The notes: a model not told the origin generated them from the letters alone. A DNA stretch of 64,000 nt from Calditrichales bacterium (GCA_965267575.1 OZ254086.1:2528001-2592000); one strand, 5' to 3'. Numbered from the stretch's first letter, positions 10,085 through 21,190 are shown. A program made the numbers and translations.

Positions 10085-11014
10085 TCAGACTCCTAAAACG
10101 GCTAAAACCAGCGCAATAAAGGCAATGGGCGCGGCATACTTCCAGAAGAAATGCAGCGCCGTATCAATGCGGATGCGCGGGTTGGTGTTTTTGATTATGA
10201 TCATGATGACGACGATAAGCAGGTATTTCAGAATAGCCCAGAGAATACCCCAGCCCTCAAGATTGAAACCGCCCAGGAACAGCAGCACCAGCAGGAAAGG
10301 CAGCACCACATACATGATCAGCTGGTTCAGTTTCCAGAAGGCCAGCGGCGGGCCGCTGTACTCCATCAATGGACCTTCCACGATTTCCGTTTCGGCCTCG
10401 GGGATGTGAAACGGCGGCAGTGTCATTTTGGCCTGGATGCAGATGAGGCCGGTTACAAAGGCGATAAGCCCGGAAAGCGATCCGGCGAAAGCACCTGTGC
10501 TTTGCTGGGCCGCCAGGATGCCGGTAAGCTGGATGCTGTAATCCGCTTTAACGATTGCCACCAGGCAGACCACGATAAAGGCCAGTTCATCGGCAATGAG
10601 CAGTTTGATCTCCCGGCCGGCGCCAATGCTGGAGTAAATGTTGCCGGTTGCCGCGCCGCCTAAAACCACCATCACCGAATAGATCATTAACAGGTAGAGC
10701 ACAACGATGAGATCGCCGCCAAAGCCGCGGCCGAAAAAGAGCGCCATGCCTACCAGCGCAGAGAGAAAAACGAGCATGGCAAACGAAACAAACGGTGCCA
10801 TGATAAACAGCGACTGCACGCTGTCTTTGACGATCACCGTTTCCTTGCCCAGCAGCTTGAAGAAATCGTTAAAGCTCTGAAAAAATGGAGGACCGACACG
10901 AAACTGGAAGCGCGCCGACACTTTGCGATCCACCCATCCTACAATCATGCCAAGCACGCCTGTGAACAGCAGGCCGGGAAAAACAAACAGGTAGAACAGG
11001 AAATCCAGACTCAT
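10085..11014 (-). CDS. NuoH/HycD-like membrane subunit
   Basis: DRKVSARFQFRVGPP, PFHIPEAETEIVEGPLMEYSG; start moved to ATG 11014 behind AAGGAGG. Confidence 0.9.
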   Translation of the reverse strand: MSLDFLFYLFVFPGLLFTGVLGMIVGWVDRKVSARFQFRVGPPFFQSFNDFFKLLGKETVIVKDSVQSLFIMAPFVSFAMLVFLSALVGMALFFGRGFGGDLIVVLYLLMIYSVMVVLGGAATGNIYSSIGAGREIKLLIADELAFIVVCLVAIVKADYSIQLTGILAAQQSTGAFAGSLSGLIAFVTGLICIQAKMTLPPFHIPEAETEIVEGPLMEYSGPPLAFWKLNQLIMYVVLPFLLVLLFLGGFNLEGWGILWAILKYLLIVVIMIIIKNTNPRIRIDTALHFFWKYAAPIAFIALVLAVLGV

Positions 11015-11520
11015 CTGCGGCCCTCCTTTTGTCTCCAACTGTGATTCTTTACGGCCAGGTGCTCCCCGTAAAAGTAGATGTGATTTTTGGGGTCTTCTTC
11101 CGGAATCTCTTTCAGTGTTATGCTCTCATTGGGAGAGGTTGATACGCAGGCCGGAACATAATCCGGGTTGGCCGCCCGTTGCTGCAGGCAGAAATCGCAT
11201 TTTGAGGAGACATAGTTCAGCACTTCCGGAAAGATTGTTCCAAAGGGGCAGGCCAGTACGCAGCTTTTACAGCCCACGCAGCGCATATTGTAGCGCTTCA
11301 GTGTGCCGTCTTCCTTTTGCTCAAGAGCATCCATGGGGCAGGCGCTTACACAAAAAGCGTCCGGGCAATGGCGGCAGTAGGCGGCAAATTCAGCCACTTC
11401 CAGCAGCGAAAAGACACCCCTGTTGTCACGGTGAAACATATATTCACATTCTATCCGATCCGCCTCAACGCCGGATTCAAGCAGGGCCGGGATATCCACA
11501 AAAAGACGTTTCAGGCCCAT
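11011..11520 (-). CDS. 4Fe-4S dicluster protein (DmsB/HycB-like)
   Basis: CRHCPDAFCVSACP, CVGCKSCVLACPFG, KCDFC...PACV. Confidence 0.85.
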   Translation of the reverse strand: MGLKRLFVDIPALLESGVEADRIECEYMFHRDNRGVFSLLEVAEFAAYCRHCPDAFCVSACPMDALEQKEDGTLKRYNMRCVGCKSCVLACPFGTIFPEVLNYVSSKCDFCLQQRAANPDYVPACVSTSPNESITLKEIPEEDPKNHIYFYGEHLAVKNHSWRQKEGRR

Positions 11521-12332
11521 ATCGCCTCCTCGTTTTTAATGTGCGCGTAGGGAAACACCGGACCGTCCTTGCAGGCGAAATAGCCACCCATAACACAATG
11601 CCTGCACTGACCAAACCCGCAGTACATTTTCTTTTCCATCGACAGGTAAATGTTCTCTTCGGCGTAGCCGGCTTCCAGCAGGTACTGCGTTCCGAACTTC
11701 ATCATCACCGGCGGCCCGCACACGATGGCCGGGTTGTCCGCCGGCGCAAAGTCCACCATGGTTAAAAGCTGCGTAACAAGTCCCACGTGTTCATACCATA
11801 TCTCTCCGGGCGGCACTATATCCACGGCGCGCAATATTTTTACGTGATCGTATTTACGCCACAGCTCCACTTCTTCTTTATACAGGCAGTCCTTGGGGGT
11901 TTTGGCACCCAGCAAAAACCAGATGGATTTGTACTTGTAAACATCGTGAAGCAGGGTGAGAAAGAGCGAGCGCAGCGGAGCCAGACCGCAGCCGCCGCCA
12001 AGGATAAGCAGGTCTTTGCCCTGGAAACTTTCCAGCGGGTAGTAAGAGCCGTACGGTCCGCGGATACCCAGACGATCACCGGCCCTGGCTTGATGAATGT
12101 GGCCGGTCACAAAACCGGCTTTCATAATGGTCACGTCAATTTCATCGGCAACAAAATGGGAAGACGATGGCGTGAAGGGTCCTTCGCCGACGCCCGGCAC
12201 GGTTAGTTCAATAAACTGGCCTGTTTTGAAAGGCAGGGGGCGCTCCGGGTGAAGCCGCAGCGTTTTTATCAGCGGCGTTTCCTCCCGGATCTCGTTAATG
12301 ACGGCCGGAATCACTTCATATGGGTTTTGCAT
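11511..12332 (-). CDS. FAD/NAD(P)-binding, 2Fe-2S subunit (sulfhydrogenase gamma/AsrB-like)
   Basis: GQF, RGPYG, GGGCGLAPLRS, CGPPVMM, MYCGFGQCRHC...CKDGPVF. Confidence 0.9.
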   Translation of the reverse strand: MQNPYEVIPAVINEIREETPLIKTLRLHPERPLPFKTGQFIELTVPGVGEGPFTPSSSHFVADEIDVTIMKAGFVTGHIHQARAGDRLGIRGPYGSYYPLESFQGKDLLILGGGCGLAPLRSLFLTLLHDVYKYKSIWFLLGAKTPKDCLYKEEVELWRKYDHVKILRAVDIVPPGEIWYEHVGLVTQLLTMVDFAPADNPAIVCGPPVMMKFGTQYLLEAGYAEENIYLSMEKKMYCGFGQCRHCVMGGYFACKDGPVFPYAHIKNEEAIWA

Positions 12333-12333
12333 A

Positions 12334-13380
12334 TCAGACCTCCCCGCTTTTCTGGAGTTGCCTTTGCTGCGGGCCGTTTTGCAGCACGTCGCGCATCACC
12401 GCCCTGTAATCGATGCCGGCGGGACAGGCGTCTATGCAGCGTCCGCAGCCCACACAACCTTGCGTACCCATGTTCCGGGGTAAAAAGCAATATTTGCAAA
12501 AATAGCGGTTTTTAAAGCGCTCACTCATGCCGTCCCTGGGGCTGGCGCCACCGGCTACACGCGCGTAACCGTAAAGCTGACAGGAATCGTGGCTGCGTAC
12601 TTTAACAAATGTATGATCCGTGCTCTCATCATTGAGGATCAGGCAATAGCAGGTGGGGCAGATGTTTGTGCAGGCCCCGCAACCGACGCATGAGGCCGAT
12701 TTGTTTTTCCAGACGGACGGTTCGGCATGCTTCAAGCCGGCCGGCTCTTCGGAATAGGCATAAGGCTGATTACGATTGGCCAGTTGTCCGAGCATTTCTT
12801 CGCGCTGTATCTTTATCTTTTCATAATATGAAGCATCATCTTTCTCGACAGGGTAATGGCTCTCAACGAAGCGCAAAAGCTGTTCACCCTGCTTGCTCGC
12901 GCTCGTTAGCAGGCAGTGATCATCCAGCCAGGAGATGTTCATATCAAAAGCGGATTCCGCCCATGGCTTGCCGTCAACAAGCGTACAATGGCAGGATTCA
13001 AGAGAGTCCGTACAATCAGCCGTAATGATAGCTGTATTTTCGCGCCAGTGTTTATAGGAAGGATCGTAGAAATCTTCATTTATAAGCGCGGCATCCAGGA
13101 TATCCAGGGCCCTTAGATCGCAGGCTTTCACGCCGGCAATAATGCGCTTTCTGTTTTTGTACGATTTATTAAGTACCCGTTCCCGCGCCAGGTAAAAAAG
13201 CGTTTTGACAGGATCGATGGCGCGATATCCCGCCAAGTCGAAATCGGTCTCTTCAGTAAGCCGTTTCCAAATGTAATCGCCGTTGCTCCTTACCGGCACG
13301 ATCACCTCATCAAAGAAACCGATACCGTGTCCGGCACAGCGTTTAAGAAAAGCATACAGATCTGACACCCTGACAAGCAC
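12334..13380 (-). CDS. 4Fe-4S subunit (sulfhydrogenase beta/AsrA-like)
   Basis: GVKACDLRAL, CVGCGACTNICPTCYC, CVGCGRCIDACPAGID; probable GTG start at 13380 behind AAGGAGG. Confidence 0.88.
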   Translation of the reverse strand: MLVRVSDLYAFLKRCAGHGIGFFDEVIVPVRSNGDYIWKRLTEETDFDLAGYRAIDPVKTLFYLARERVLNKSYKNRKRIIAGVKACDLRALDILDAALINEDFYDPSYKHWRENTAIITADCTDSLESCHCTLVDGKPWAESAFDMNISWLDDHCLLTSASKQGEQLLRFVESHYPVEKDDASYYEKIKIQREEMLGQLANRNQPYAYSEEPAGLKHAEPSVWKNKSASCVGCGACTNICPTCYCLILNDESTDHTFVKVRSHDSCQLYGYARVAGGASPRDGMSERFKNRYFCKYCFLPRNMGTQGCVGCGRCIDACPAGIDYRAVMRDVLQNGPQQRQLQKSGEV

Positions 13381-13602
13381 CGCGCCCTCCTTTTCTGTAT
13401 ACAAAAAGATTAATTGCGGGGAGACTCCGGTTATTTGTTATCTACAGCCTTGTAGAATACGGGGAATATCCTGGACGTTTTTGTGCCTGTTCGCTAAGAA
13501 CGCAGTATTCTGGTTGAATATGATATACGGATAAGGTCTTCAGGCTGTATCAGGGTGCGGGAGAGATTTCTGCAAGCTGTTTGCGCTGACATAATAGGCA
13601 CC

Positions 13603-13630
13603 ATTTTAAGCGAAAAAGGCATTACGTCAA
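13603..13630 (-). promoter_or_regulatory. Putative sigma70 promoter of the hydrogenase operon
   Basis: Minus strand TTGACG-N16-TAAAAT. Confidence 0.5.
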
Positions 13631-13635
13631 GATAC

Positions 13636-13696
13636 TTGTGAAAAATATAACAAAAGAAATCAAAAGGATGCAAGGCCTTAATGAAATTTTTCACAA
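13636..13696. promoter_or_regulatory. Two Rex-like (or CRP/FNR-family) palindromic boxes
   Basis: TTGTGAAAAATATAACAA (13636-13653) and TAATGAAATTTTTCACAA (13679-13696), each two mismatches from TTGTGAA-N4-TTCACAA. Confidence 0.55.
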
Positions 13697-13796
13697 ATAA
13701 TATTTATATTAAACTTCCTTGCTGTTTTAACGCGATAAAAATTGATTTTAAAAATACCCTTTCGTAACCTTATTTTGACTTTTAGTATGAGGTGTT

Positions 13797-14489
13797 ATGA
13801 AAGTACTTTCCCGGTCTACGGTAATTATATTATGTGTAGTCATCCTCGCTCCTGCGGTTTTCTCGCGACCAGCCGTTGCAGGCAATCCTGAAACAGCCGC
13901 TTTATTGAAATATGCGGTTATAGGAATTCTTGCTTATGGATTTTATAAGGTTGTGCGCTATGAAATCTTTGACGCGGCACCAGGGAGAAATTATTCGGAA
14001 GCAGATTCGTCCATCCTGGCCTACAACTATATCTTCTCTTCTGATAACCGCCGGGCATTCAAGAAAATAGAGGACCGGACTCAAAGGATCGCCTTTGTTG
14101 ATTCTTTTTGGGAGGAATATGACCTGGGGCCTTACCAATCGCCCGAGCCGCTGCGCCGCGAATTTGAGGGGCGGATTGCAAAAGCCAACAAAGAGTTTTC
14201 CAACCCGTTTATGCGCGGTTGGCGGACGGACCAGGGTCGCATCACCATTATTTACGGTCCGCCCGAGGAGGTATTGCTGGTTGAATTACCCGCGCTTACT
14301 GTTATTAACAATCAGCAGCTTTTCGACGGAAAGATAGAGATTTGGTATTATGATCGTCAAAGGGGTCAAAAGGAACTACCCGGTATTTTGCGGCAACACG
14401 ATGACGGCCGTATGTTTTTTGTTTTTGCCGACCAATCGGGCAACGGTATCATCCGCCAGGTTTTTTCCACGGAATTGTATGAATTTTAA
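13797..14489 (+). CDS. GWxTD domain protein
   Basis: FVDSFW, RIAKANKEF, GWRTDQGRITIIYGPP, EIWYY, FVFAD..G.G. Confidence 0.88.
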   Translation: MKVLSRSTVIILCVVILAPAVFSRPAVAGNPETAALLKYAVIGILAYGFYKVVRYEIFDAAPGRNYSEADSSILAYNYIFSSDNRRAFKKIEDRTQRIAFVDSFWEEYDLGPYQSPEPLRREFEGRIAKANKEFSNPFMRGWRTDQGRITIIYGPPEEVLLVELPALTVINNQQLFDGKIEIWYYDRQRGQKELPGILRQHDDGRMFFVFADQSGNGIIRQVFSTELYEF

Positions 14490-14532
14490 ATACACGCCGG
14501 TGGGAAGATGACGATTTAGATATTTAGCCGCT

Positions 14533-17500
14533 TCAATACCCTAAATTCGGCGCCAGCCATTTTTCCACTTGGGCGATGTCCATGCCTTTGCGGCGAGCAT
14601 AATCTTCCACCTGGTCACGGCTGATTTTACCGAGGCCAAAGTAATGCGCGTCCGGATGGGCGAAATAGAGGCCTGAAACCGAGGCAGCCGGCCACATGGC
14701 GTAGGATTCCGTCAGGGAAACGCCGGCGTTTTGCGGCGCCTTCAGCAGGTTAAACAAGATGCCTTTTTCGGTGTGGTCGGGGCAGGCCGGGTAGCCCGGC
14801 GCCGGACGGATGCCACGATACTTTTCCGCGATCAATCCTTCGTTGTCCAGTTTTTCATTGGGCGCGTAGCCCCAGTGGTTTGTGCGTATTTCGGCGTGCA
14901 GCCATTCAGCCAGGGCTTCGGCCAGGCGGTCGGCAAGGGCTTTTGCCAGGATGGCGTTGTAGTCGTCGTGGTCTTTCTCGTAGGCAGCCACCAGTTTTTC
15001 CAGGCCAATACCTGCGGTAACGGCAAAGCCGCCGATCCAGTCGCGGATGCCCGTATCTTTTGGCGCGATAAAATCTGCCAGGGCCAGGTTGGGCCTCTCG
15101 TTAGTACGTTCCATTTGCTGACGCAATGTATGGAAAATCGTCAGAATCCTTTCGGCGGATGAATCGGCGTACAGCTCAATGTCATCGCCGACGCTGTTGG
15201 CCGGATACAATCCGAAAACGGCTTTGGCCTGCAGCTTTTTGCCGGTAATGATTTCACGCAGCATTTTTTGCGCGTCATCGTAAAGTTTACGTGCTTCGAC
15301 TCCCACCTTGGCATCTTCCAGGATCTGCGGATAGCGGCCTTTCAGTTCCCAGGTGGCGAAAAAGGGTGTCCAGTCGATAAAGTTTTGCAGCGTTTCCAGC
15401 GGCACATCATCCAGCACGGTGAGACCCGGCTTGTTCGGCGCCTGTATGTCGGCTTTGCTCCAGTCGCAGCTAAAACGGTTGTCCCGCGCCCGCTTTATGG
15501 AAACCAGTTTGGAATCACGCTGGCGGGCATTGTAGCTCTCGCGGATAGTTTTATACTCGGATCGAATCGCTTCGACAAACTCCACTTTTTGAACGGGGTG
15601 CAGCATTTTGCCGACCACATCCACGGCGCGTGAGGCGTCCAGCACGTGGCTGATGGGGCCGGTGTATTGCGGCTCGATTTTGACGGCGGTGTGTTTGCGC
15701 GAGGTGGTCGCCCCGCCGATCAGCAGGGGTACATCCAGCTTGCGGCGCTGCATCTCCTTGGCCACGTGCACCATCTCATCCAGCGATGGCGTGATCAACC
15801 CGCTGAGACCGATGATGTCGACATTTTGCTCGGCAGCCGTGTCAAGAATTTTTTCCGCAGGCACCATCACGCCGAGGTCGAGAATCTCGTAATTGTTGCA
15901 ACCCAGTACTACGCCGACGATGTTCTTGCCGATGTCGTGCACATCGCCTTTGACGGTGGCCAGCAGTACCTTGCCGTTGTTGCCGCTGCCGCTTTTTTCC
16001 GCCTCCAGGTAAGGCAGCAGGTAGGCCACCGCTTTTTTCATCACCCGCGCGCTTTTTACAACCTGCGGCAAAAACATTTTGCCGGCGCCAAACAGGTCAC
16101 CCACAACGTTCATGCCATCCATCAGCGGCCCTTCGATCACCTGCAGCGGCGCGTCGTACTTTTGCCGCGCTTCTTCCACGTCGGCCTCAATATGCTCCAC
16201 GATGCCGCGCACCAGCGCGTGCGTCAAACGCTTTTCCACCGGCTCTTTACGCCAGGCATCGTCTTCTTTTTTGGCCGGGCCCGATTGCTTTACCGTCTCC
16301 GCAAAAGTGACCAATTCTTCCGTGGCGTTTTCATGGCGGTTGAAAAGTACTGCTTCGACTTTTTCCTTTAGCTCCGGCTCAATCTCTTCATAAACGGTTA
16401 TCTGTCCGGCGTTGACGATGCCCATATCCATGCCGGCCTGGATGGCGTGGTAGAGAAAGGCCGAATGCATCGCCTCGCGCACGGTGTTGTTGCCGCGGAA
16501 GGAGAAGGAGAGGTTACTGACACCGCCGCTGACCAGCGCCCCCGGCAGGTGCTGCTTTATCCAACGCGTTGCTTCGATAAAATCGACGGCGTAGTTGTTG
16601 TGCTCGGCGATGCCGGTGGCCACGGCGAGAATGTTGGGATCAAAAATGATGTCGGACCCCTCAAAACCGGCTTCTTTGGTCAACAGGTTGTAGGCCCGTT
16701 GGCAAATATCGATACGCCGCTGCAGGGTGTCGGCCTGGCCTTTTTCGTCAAAAGCCATCACAATCGCCGCGGCGCCGTAACGCCTGGCCAAGCGCGCCTG
16801 GCGAAGGAATTCCTCCTCGCCTTCCTTCATGCTGATGGAGTTGACGATGGCTTTGCCCTGCACGTGTTTCAGGCCGGTTTCAATGACGCTCCATTTGGAG
16901 GAATCGATCATCAGCGGCACTTTGCATATCTCCGGCTCGGCGGCCAGCAGTTTGAGAAAACGTTCCATGGCCGCGGCGGAATCGAGCATGCCTTCATCCA
17001 TGTTGATGTCCAGGATCTGCGCGCCGTTTTCCACCTGTTTGCGGGCCACATCCAGGGCGGTGTCGTAATCGTCGTTGAGGATGAGTTTAGCAAAGCGCTT
17101 TGAGCCGGTGACATTGCAGCGCTCGCCGACGTTGACAAAGTTGGAATCGGGGCGGATGGTCAGAGGCTCCAGGCCGCTGAACTGTGGTCGCGCTTGGATG
17201 GAAGCAATCGGACGCGGCGCGATGTTTTTTACAATCTGCTCAAAGCGACGGATGTACTCCGGCGTGGTGCCGCAGCAGCCGCCAACGATGTTGAGAAACC
17301 CGGCGCGGGCATACTCTTCCAGCACGACGCCCATCTCATCGGGTGTTTCATCGTAGCCGCCCATTTCGTTGGGCAGCCCGGCGTTGGGATAAAGCGTGGT
17401 ATAAATCGGCGCCAGCGCGGAAAGTTCTTCAATAAAAGGGCGCATCTGTTTGGGGCCAAGCGCGCAGTTGAGCCCGATGCTGAACAGGTCGGCGTGTTTG

Positions 17501-18204
17501 ACCGACACCCAGAAGGCTTCCAGCGTTTGCCCGGAGAGCGTGCGCCCGCTCATGTCGACGATGGTCACCGAGAGCATGATGGGGATGCGCCGGCCCGTTT
17601 CTTCACGGTGCTTGTCGATGGCGAAAAGGGCGGCTTTGGCGTTGAGCGTATCGAAAACAGTTTCCACCAGCAGCAGGTCTACGCCGCCATCGGCCAGCCC
17701 GCGCACCTGGTCGTAATAGGCCTGCACCGTCTCCTCAAAAGTGATGGCGCGGTAACCGGGATCGTTTACGTCGGGGGAGAGTGACAGCGTGCGGTTAAGC
17801 GGCCCGATGGAACCGGCCACAAAACGGGGTCTGGACGGATCTTTTTGCGTGAACGCGTCCACCGCCTCGCGGGCAATTTTGGCTGATTCAAAATTCATCT
17901 CGTAGGCCAGGTCGCTCATCTTGTAATCCTGCATGGAGATGGCGTTGGCGCTGAAGGTGTTGGTCTCAATAATATCGGCGCCGGCCTGCAGGTAAGCACG
18001 GTGGATTTCGGAAATTATTGTGGGCTGCGTCAGCGTGAGCAGGTCGTTGTTGCCTTTGAGGTCCAGCGGGTGGTCCTTAAAGCGTTTGCCACGATAGGTG
18101 GCTTCGTCCGGCGTGTAGGTTTGTATCATGGTGCCCATCGCGCCATCCAGCAGCAGGATGCGATCGCCAAGCTGTTTTTTGAGGAGTTCTGTTTTGTCGG
18201 TCAT
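14533..18204 (-). CDS. metH: Cobalamin-dependent methionine synthase
   Basis: [16 protein letters not shown], pterin domain, cobalamin-binding [11 protein letters not shown], activation domain [12 protein letters not shown]. Confidence 0.98.
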   Translation of the reverse strand: MTDKTELLKKQLGDRILLLDGAMGTMIQTYTPDEATYRGKRFKDHPLDLKGNNDLLTLTQPTIISEIHRAYLQAGADIIETNTFSANAISMQDYKMSDLAYEMNFESAKIAREAVDAFTQKDPSRPRFVAGSIGPLNRTLSLSPDVNDPGYRAITFEETVQAYYDQVRGLADGGVDLLLVETVFDTLNAKAALFAIDKHREETGRRIPIMLSVTIVDMSGRTLSGQTLEAFWVSVKHADLFSIGLNCALGPKQMRPFIEELSALAPIYTTLYPNAGLPNEMGGYDETPDEMGVVLEEYARAGFLNIVGGCCGTTPEYIRRFEQIVKNIAPRPIASIQARPQFSGLEPLTIRPDSNFVNVGERCNVTGSKRFAKLILNDDYDTALDVARKQVENGAQILDINMDEGMLDSAAAMERFLKLLAAEPEICKVPLMIDSSKWSVIETGLKHVQGKAIVNSISMKEGEEEFLRQARLARRYGAAAIVMAFDEKGQADTLQRRIDICQRAYNLLTKEAGFEGSDIIFDPNILAVATGIAEHNNYAVDFIEATRWIKQHLPGALVSGGVSNLSFSFRGNNTVREAMHSAFLYHAIQAGMDMGIVNAGQITVYEEIEPELKEKVEAVLFNRHENATEELVTFAETVKQSGPAKKEDDAWRKEPVEKRLTHALVRGIVEHIEADVEEARQKYDAPLQVIEGPLMDGMNVVGDLFGAGKMFLPQVVKSARVMKKAVAYLLPYLEAEKSGSGNNGKVLLATVKGDVHDIGKNIVGVVLGCNNYEILDLGVMVPAEKILDTAAEQNVDIIGLSGLITPSLDEMVHVAKEMQRRKLDVPLLIGGATTSRKHTAVKIEPQYTGPISHVLDASRAVDVVGKMLHPVQKVEFVEAIRSEYKTIRESYNARQRDSKLVSIKRARDNRFSCDWSKADIQAPNKPGLTVLDDVPLETLQNFIDWTPFFATWELKGRYPQILEDAKVGVEARKLYDDAQKMLREIITGKKLQAKAVFGLYPANSVGDDIELYADSSAERILTIFHTLRQQMERTNERPNLALADFIAPKDTGIRDWIGGFAVTAGIGLEKLVAAYEKDHDDYNAILAKALADRLAEALAEWLHAEIRTNHWGYAPNEKLDNEGLIAEKYRGIRPAPGYPACPDHTEKGILFNLLKAPQNAGVSLTESYAMWPAASVSGLYFAHPDAHYFGLGKISRDQVEDYARRKGMDIAQVEKWLAPNLGY

Positions 18205-18524
18205 GTTGAATGGGTGAATTAATGAATTATTGTATGATTGTTTGGGGCCTTAATTTAGGCTTTTTCCGCTAGGACACAAAATGCACATTAGCTGGTAGTG
18301 ATGGAGTGATGAAATGATGAAGTTTAAACGTCATCCCGGCTCGTTCCGATGCCTTTTATCGCGGGTCAGCGGCTTAGCCACACGGGATTTGCCGCCGCAT
18401 GCAGGACGAGGTAGTTAATAACTCTTTGCTCTGTAAATCTAACTAATAGTTATATTAAAGTTTTTAAATTTAAGCTATTTTTTGCTCGCAAAATGTTAAT
18501 ATCATATTTTGGAAACGGAAATCA

Positions 18525-19520
18525 TTGTATAAAAAGAATTATGATATGGTTAGTCCAGTTGTTTTAATCAAATTGATATTTTATACGTTACTATTGTTTT
18601 ATTCTTTCTCTTCTGGCCAAACAATTTTTACACGATTAAACTTGCCAATAGAAAATAAGTTATTATCAGATAGCATTTCCTATCTTTATAATCCTATACA
18701 GCCTGGAAATCATTGGCAATATACGGATTACGAGGGCAAAATATATAACAAAAGGTTTATTAAGGATACAATAATAGAAAACAAAAATTATTCAAAAATT
18801 GAGTTCTTCCCTTTTCCTTTAACATACGAAAGAAACGGGAAGATGGCGTCCTATGTTTTTGATCACGATGATTTTGATTTTAATACAGCCACAAAGGAAT
18901 TATTAGCGGACAGTCTTGAGCTACCCATAGGTTCGTCATATTTGTCATATCGTTATGCCGGTATATATGGCTCAGAGTATGAGCCGCATGAAATCGTAAT
19001 TGAAGATAAATTTCTCGCCTCAATAGGGTTATTTGATGATACAGTATACGTCGTTGAAATAGACATCTGGACTTTGGATGGTTGGCTTGAAGCAACCGAA
19101 TTTTGGGCTGAAAAATATGGATTAATTGATATAATTCCTGAAGGAAACCGGCTTTTTTTGACGGGAGCAATAGTTAATGGAGAATCTTATGGTACAGTTG
19201 TAAGAATTAACGAAACTAGCCACAAAAGTACTCATGATAAAAGTGGCATTGATATAAAGCATAGTTATCCTAATCCATTTAATAGTAAAGTAAATATATT
19301 ATTTACCCTTAGCCAATCCGCAAGAGGGATTGTAATTATCTTTAATGTAGCTGGAAAAAAGATAAACGAATTTACTTTTAACAAGGAGAATGGCAAGAAT
19401 ATTAAAATAGAATGGTATGGCGATAATCTAGACGGTGAGTTTGTTTCAAGCGGTGTATACTACTATAGCATATTTATCAATGGCAAAGCGTACACTCAAA
19501 AAGTCGTACTTCTGAAATAG
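18525..19520 (+). CDS. Secreted hypothetical protein with C-terminal FlgD/T9SS-like sorting domain
   Basis: Signal-like N-terminus (start may be ATG 18546); SYPNPFNS...SSGVYYY...KVVLLK; AT-rich DNA. Confidence 0.75.
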   Translation: MYKKNYDMVSPVVLIKLIFYTLLLFYSFSSGQTIFTRLNLPIENKLLSDSISYLYNPIQPGNHWQYTDYEGKIYNKRFIKDTIIENKNYSKIEFFPFPLTYERNGKMASYVFDHDDFDFNTATKELLADSLELPIGSSYLSYRYAGIYGSEYEPHEIVIEDKFLASIGLFDDTVYVVEIDIWTLDGWLEATEFWAEKYGLIDIIPEGNRLFLTGAIVNGESYGTVVRINETSHKSTHDKSGIDIKHSYPNPFNSKVNILFTLSQSARGIVIIFNVAGKKINEFTFNKENGKNIKIEWYGDNLDGEFVSSGVYYYSIFINGKAYTQKVVLLK

Positions 19521-19553
19521 GATGGCATAATGAAATGGTTAATAATTGTTTTA

Positions 19554-19983
19554 GGGTCATGACTAGAACAGCGGTTCCAATTTAAAGTTTTTTAGTAAGA
19601 TTTTATAGATATTTTCATGTCTGTAGTTGAACCTAAATTCGGTCTCTTTAAGATGTAGATAAAATGTTTTGGGATGCATACCTCTGAATTTAAACAAACG
19701 TGTTTTTGCATAAGCCCAAAAACTTTCTATCCCGTTTATGTGTGACTGATTATTAGCAAATTCATTCATCAGATGGTTAACCCTGAAATGCTTTTTGTAA
19801 CCCAGATCAACCAGACCATGATACCCGCGCCAGCCATCGGAATGAATAATTGCGTCAAGGCTTACGCGCCCTTTAATGACAGCCCGCAGCGTATTTCTTT
19901 TACAATTAGGGACAATCTCGGTATATACTTTTCCATTGCATTTAAAAATGCCAAAAACAATCGTTTTACCGCGCGCTCCGCGT
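19554..19983 (-). mobile_element. IS1595-family (IS1016-like) remnant, 5'-truncated transposase with right end
   Basis: Minus frame reads RGARGKTIVFGIFKCNGKVYTEIV...IIHSDGWRGY...HINGIESFWAYAK...HLKETEFRFN to the stop at 19563; end sequence GGGTCATGACTAGA begins at 19554. Confidence 0.85.
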
Positions 19984-20916
19984 GATGAACAACAGGAAAA
20001 GTTAACAAGAATTTCTGAAAATAGACATGGAAAAGACGAACTGAATTTTTTGGGATATAATCCGCAGACCCACAGATTTGATATTTTTTATAGAGAACCA
20101 TACTACCCTGAAAACGACGCGTGGGGTGATTCAGACGATGCTTTTAATGTTTCTTATAATCCTCTTTTTACCCCATGGAGTAATCCTTCGAACGCTAACG
20201 GTAATAACATGTTATTTTCCCTTTACGTTTCAGGCGTAAACGGAAACTCTGTTGCTGTGAAATTGGACTTCTCTGACGCTTCTAGTCACATTCCATTTAG
20301 GCCCATTAACTTTGTAGCGGCTGAACAATCAGGTCATCCACGACTGGAATGGGATGAAAACGAAGAACCTGACTTAGATTATTATGAAGTTTGGAAAAAG
20401 GTTAATACGGGTAGCTATGCATTGTTAGCGGTAACAACAAATACTTATTATGTAGATACTAGTGAAGATATTATTAACCAACCTGAAACCAATAGTAAAG
20501 ATATTTTTTACAAAGCACGAGCCGTAGATATTACTGGTAAGAAAAGCCTCTATACATTATCAGTACAATATCTTGTTTCCGGTGATCCGTTATGGAGCAG
20601 GGACGGAAGCAAAAATTTTCAGGCATTGAAGCTTGATGATTTTGCGTTGGAGACCAACCATCCCAACCCCTTTAACCCCACAACGCATATTAGCTATGCC
20701 TTGCCGGAGGCCAGCGCGGTTACGCTGGAAGTGTTTGATGTAAGCGGGCGTAAGGTTTCCGTTCTGGTGAAGAAGTCGCAGGAGCAGGGCTGGCATTATG
20801 CCACTTTTGACGGCGGCACGTTACCCAGTGGGATTTATATTTACCGCATCAGCGCTACGGGCATGGAAAGCGGCAAGCGCTTTACGCAGGCCAAACGCAT
20901 GCTTCTTGTAAAATAA
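19984..20916 (+). pseudogene. 5'-truncated secreted protein (possible M6-protease-like tail, FN3-like domain, sorting domain)
   Basis: GDSDDAF...FTPWSNPS, PRLEWDENEEPDLDYYEVWK, NHPNPFNP; no signal peptide, and the apparent start lies inside IS DNA. Confidence 0.7.
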
Positions 20917-21190
20917 AAAACCTGTCTTTGGTAAAGGTCTTTTGGCAGAGTCCCAGAACCGCCGACAGGTTTTTAATAAGGCCCCCGGGTTTTGCCGGGG
21001 GCTTTTTTGTTTACAGGAAATATAAGAGTTGCAGGAGAAAATAGAAAGATGTTGCGGGGTGACTAAGGAAAGGAACGGGGTTACAGAGTGGTTGACATCT
21101 GCCCCTTCTCCGCATCGTCATCCTGAATTTATTTCAGGATCTTTTCACGGGCCGGGCGGGATTCTGAAACGAGTTCAGAATGACGAAATG
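20654..21190 (+). repeat. Direct repeat copy 1 (sorting-domain coding sequence, 3' hairpin, terminator, REP)
   Basis: Near-identical to 25443-25972 apart from a short divergent block before the REP. Confidence 0.92.
20980..21008 (+). terminator. Intrinsic terminator
   Basis: GCCCCCGG-GTTTTG-CCGGGGGC followed by a T tract. Confidence 0.85.

Noticed and set aside
18205..18420. Possible SAM or cobalamin riboswitch upstream of metH
   Set aside because: No recognisable core motifs; the structured part is a degenerate REP unit.
19773..19985. Plus-strand 70-aa ORF and the first 36 codons of ORF 19876-20916
   Set aside because: These are antisense readings of the IS1595 transposase remnant.
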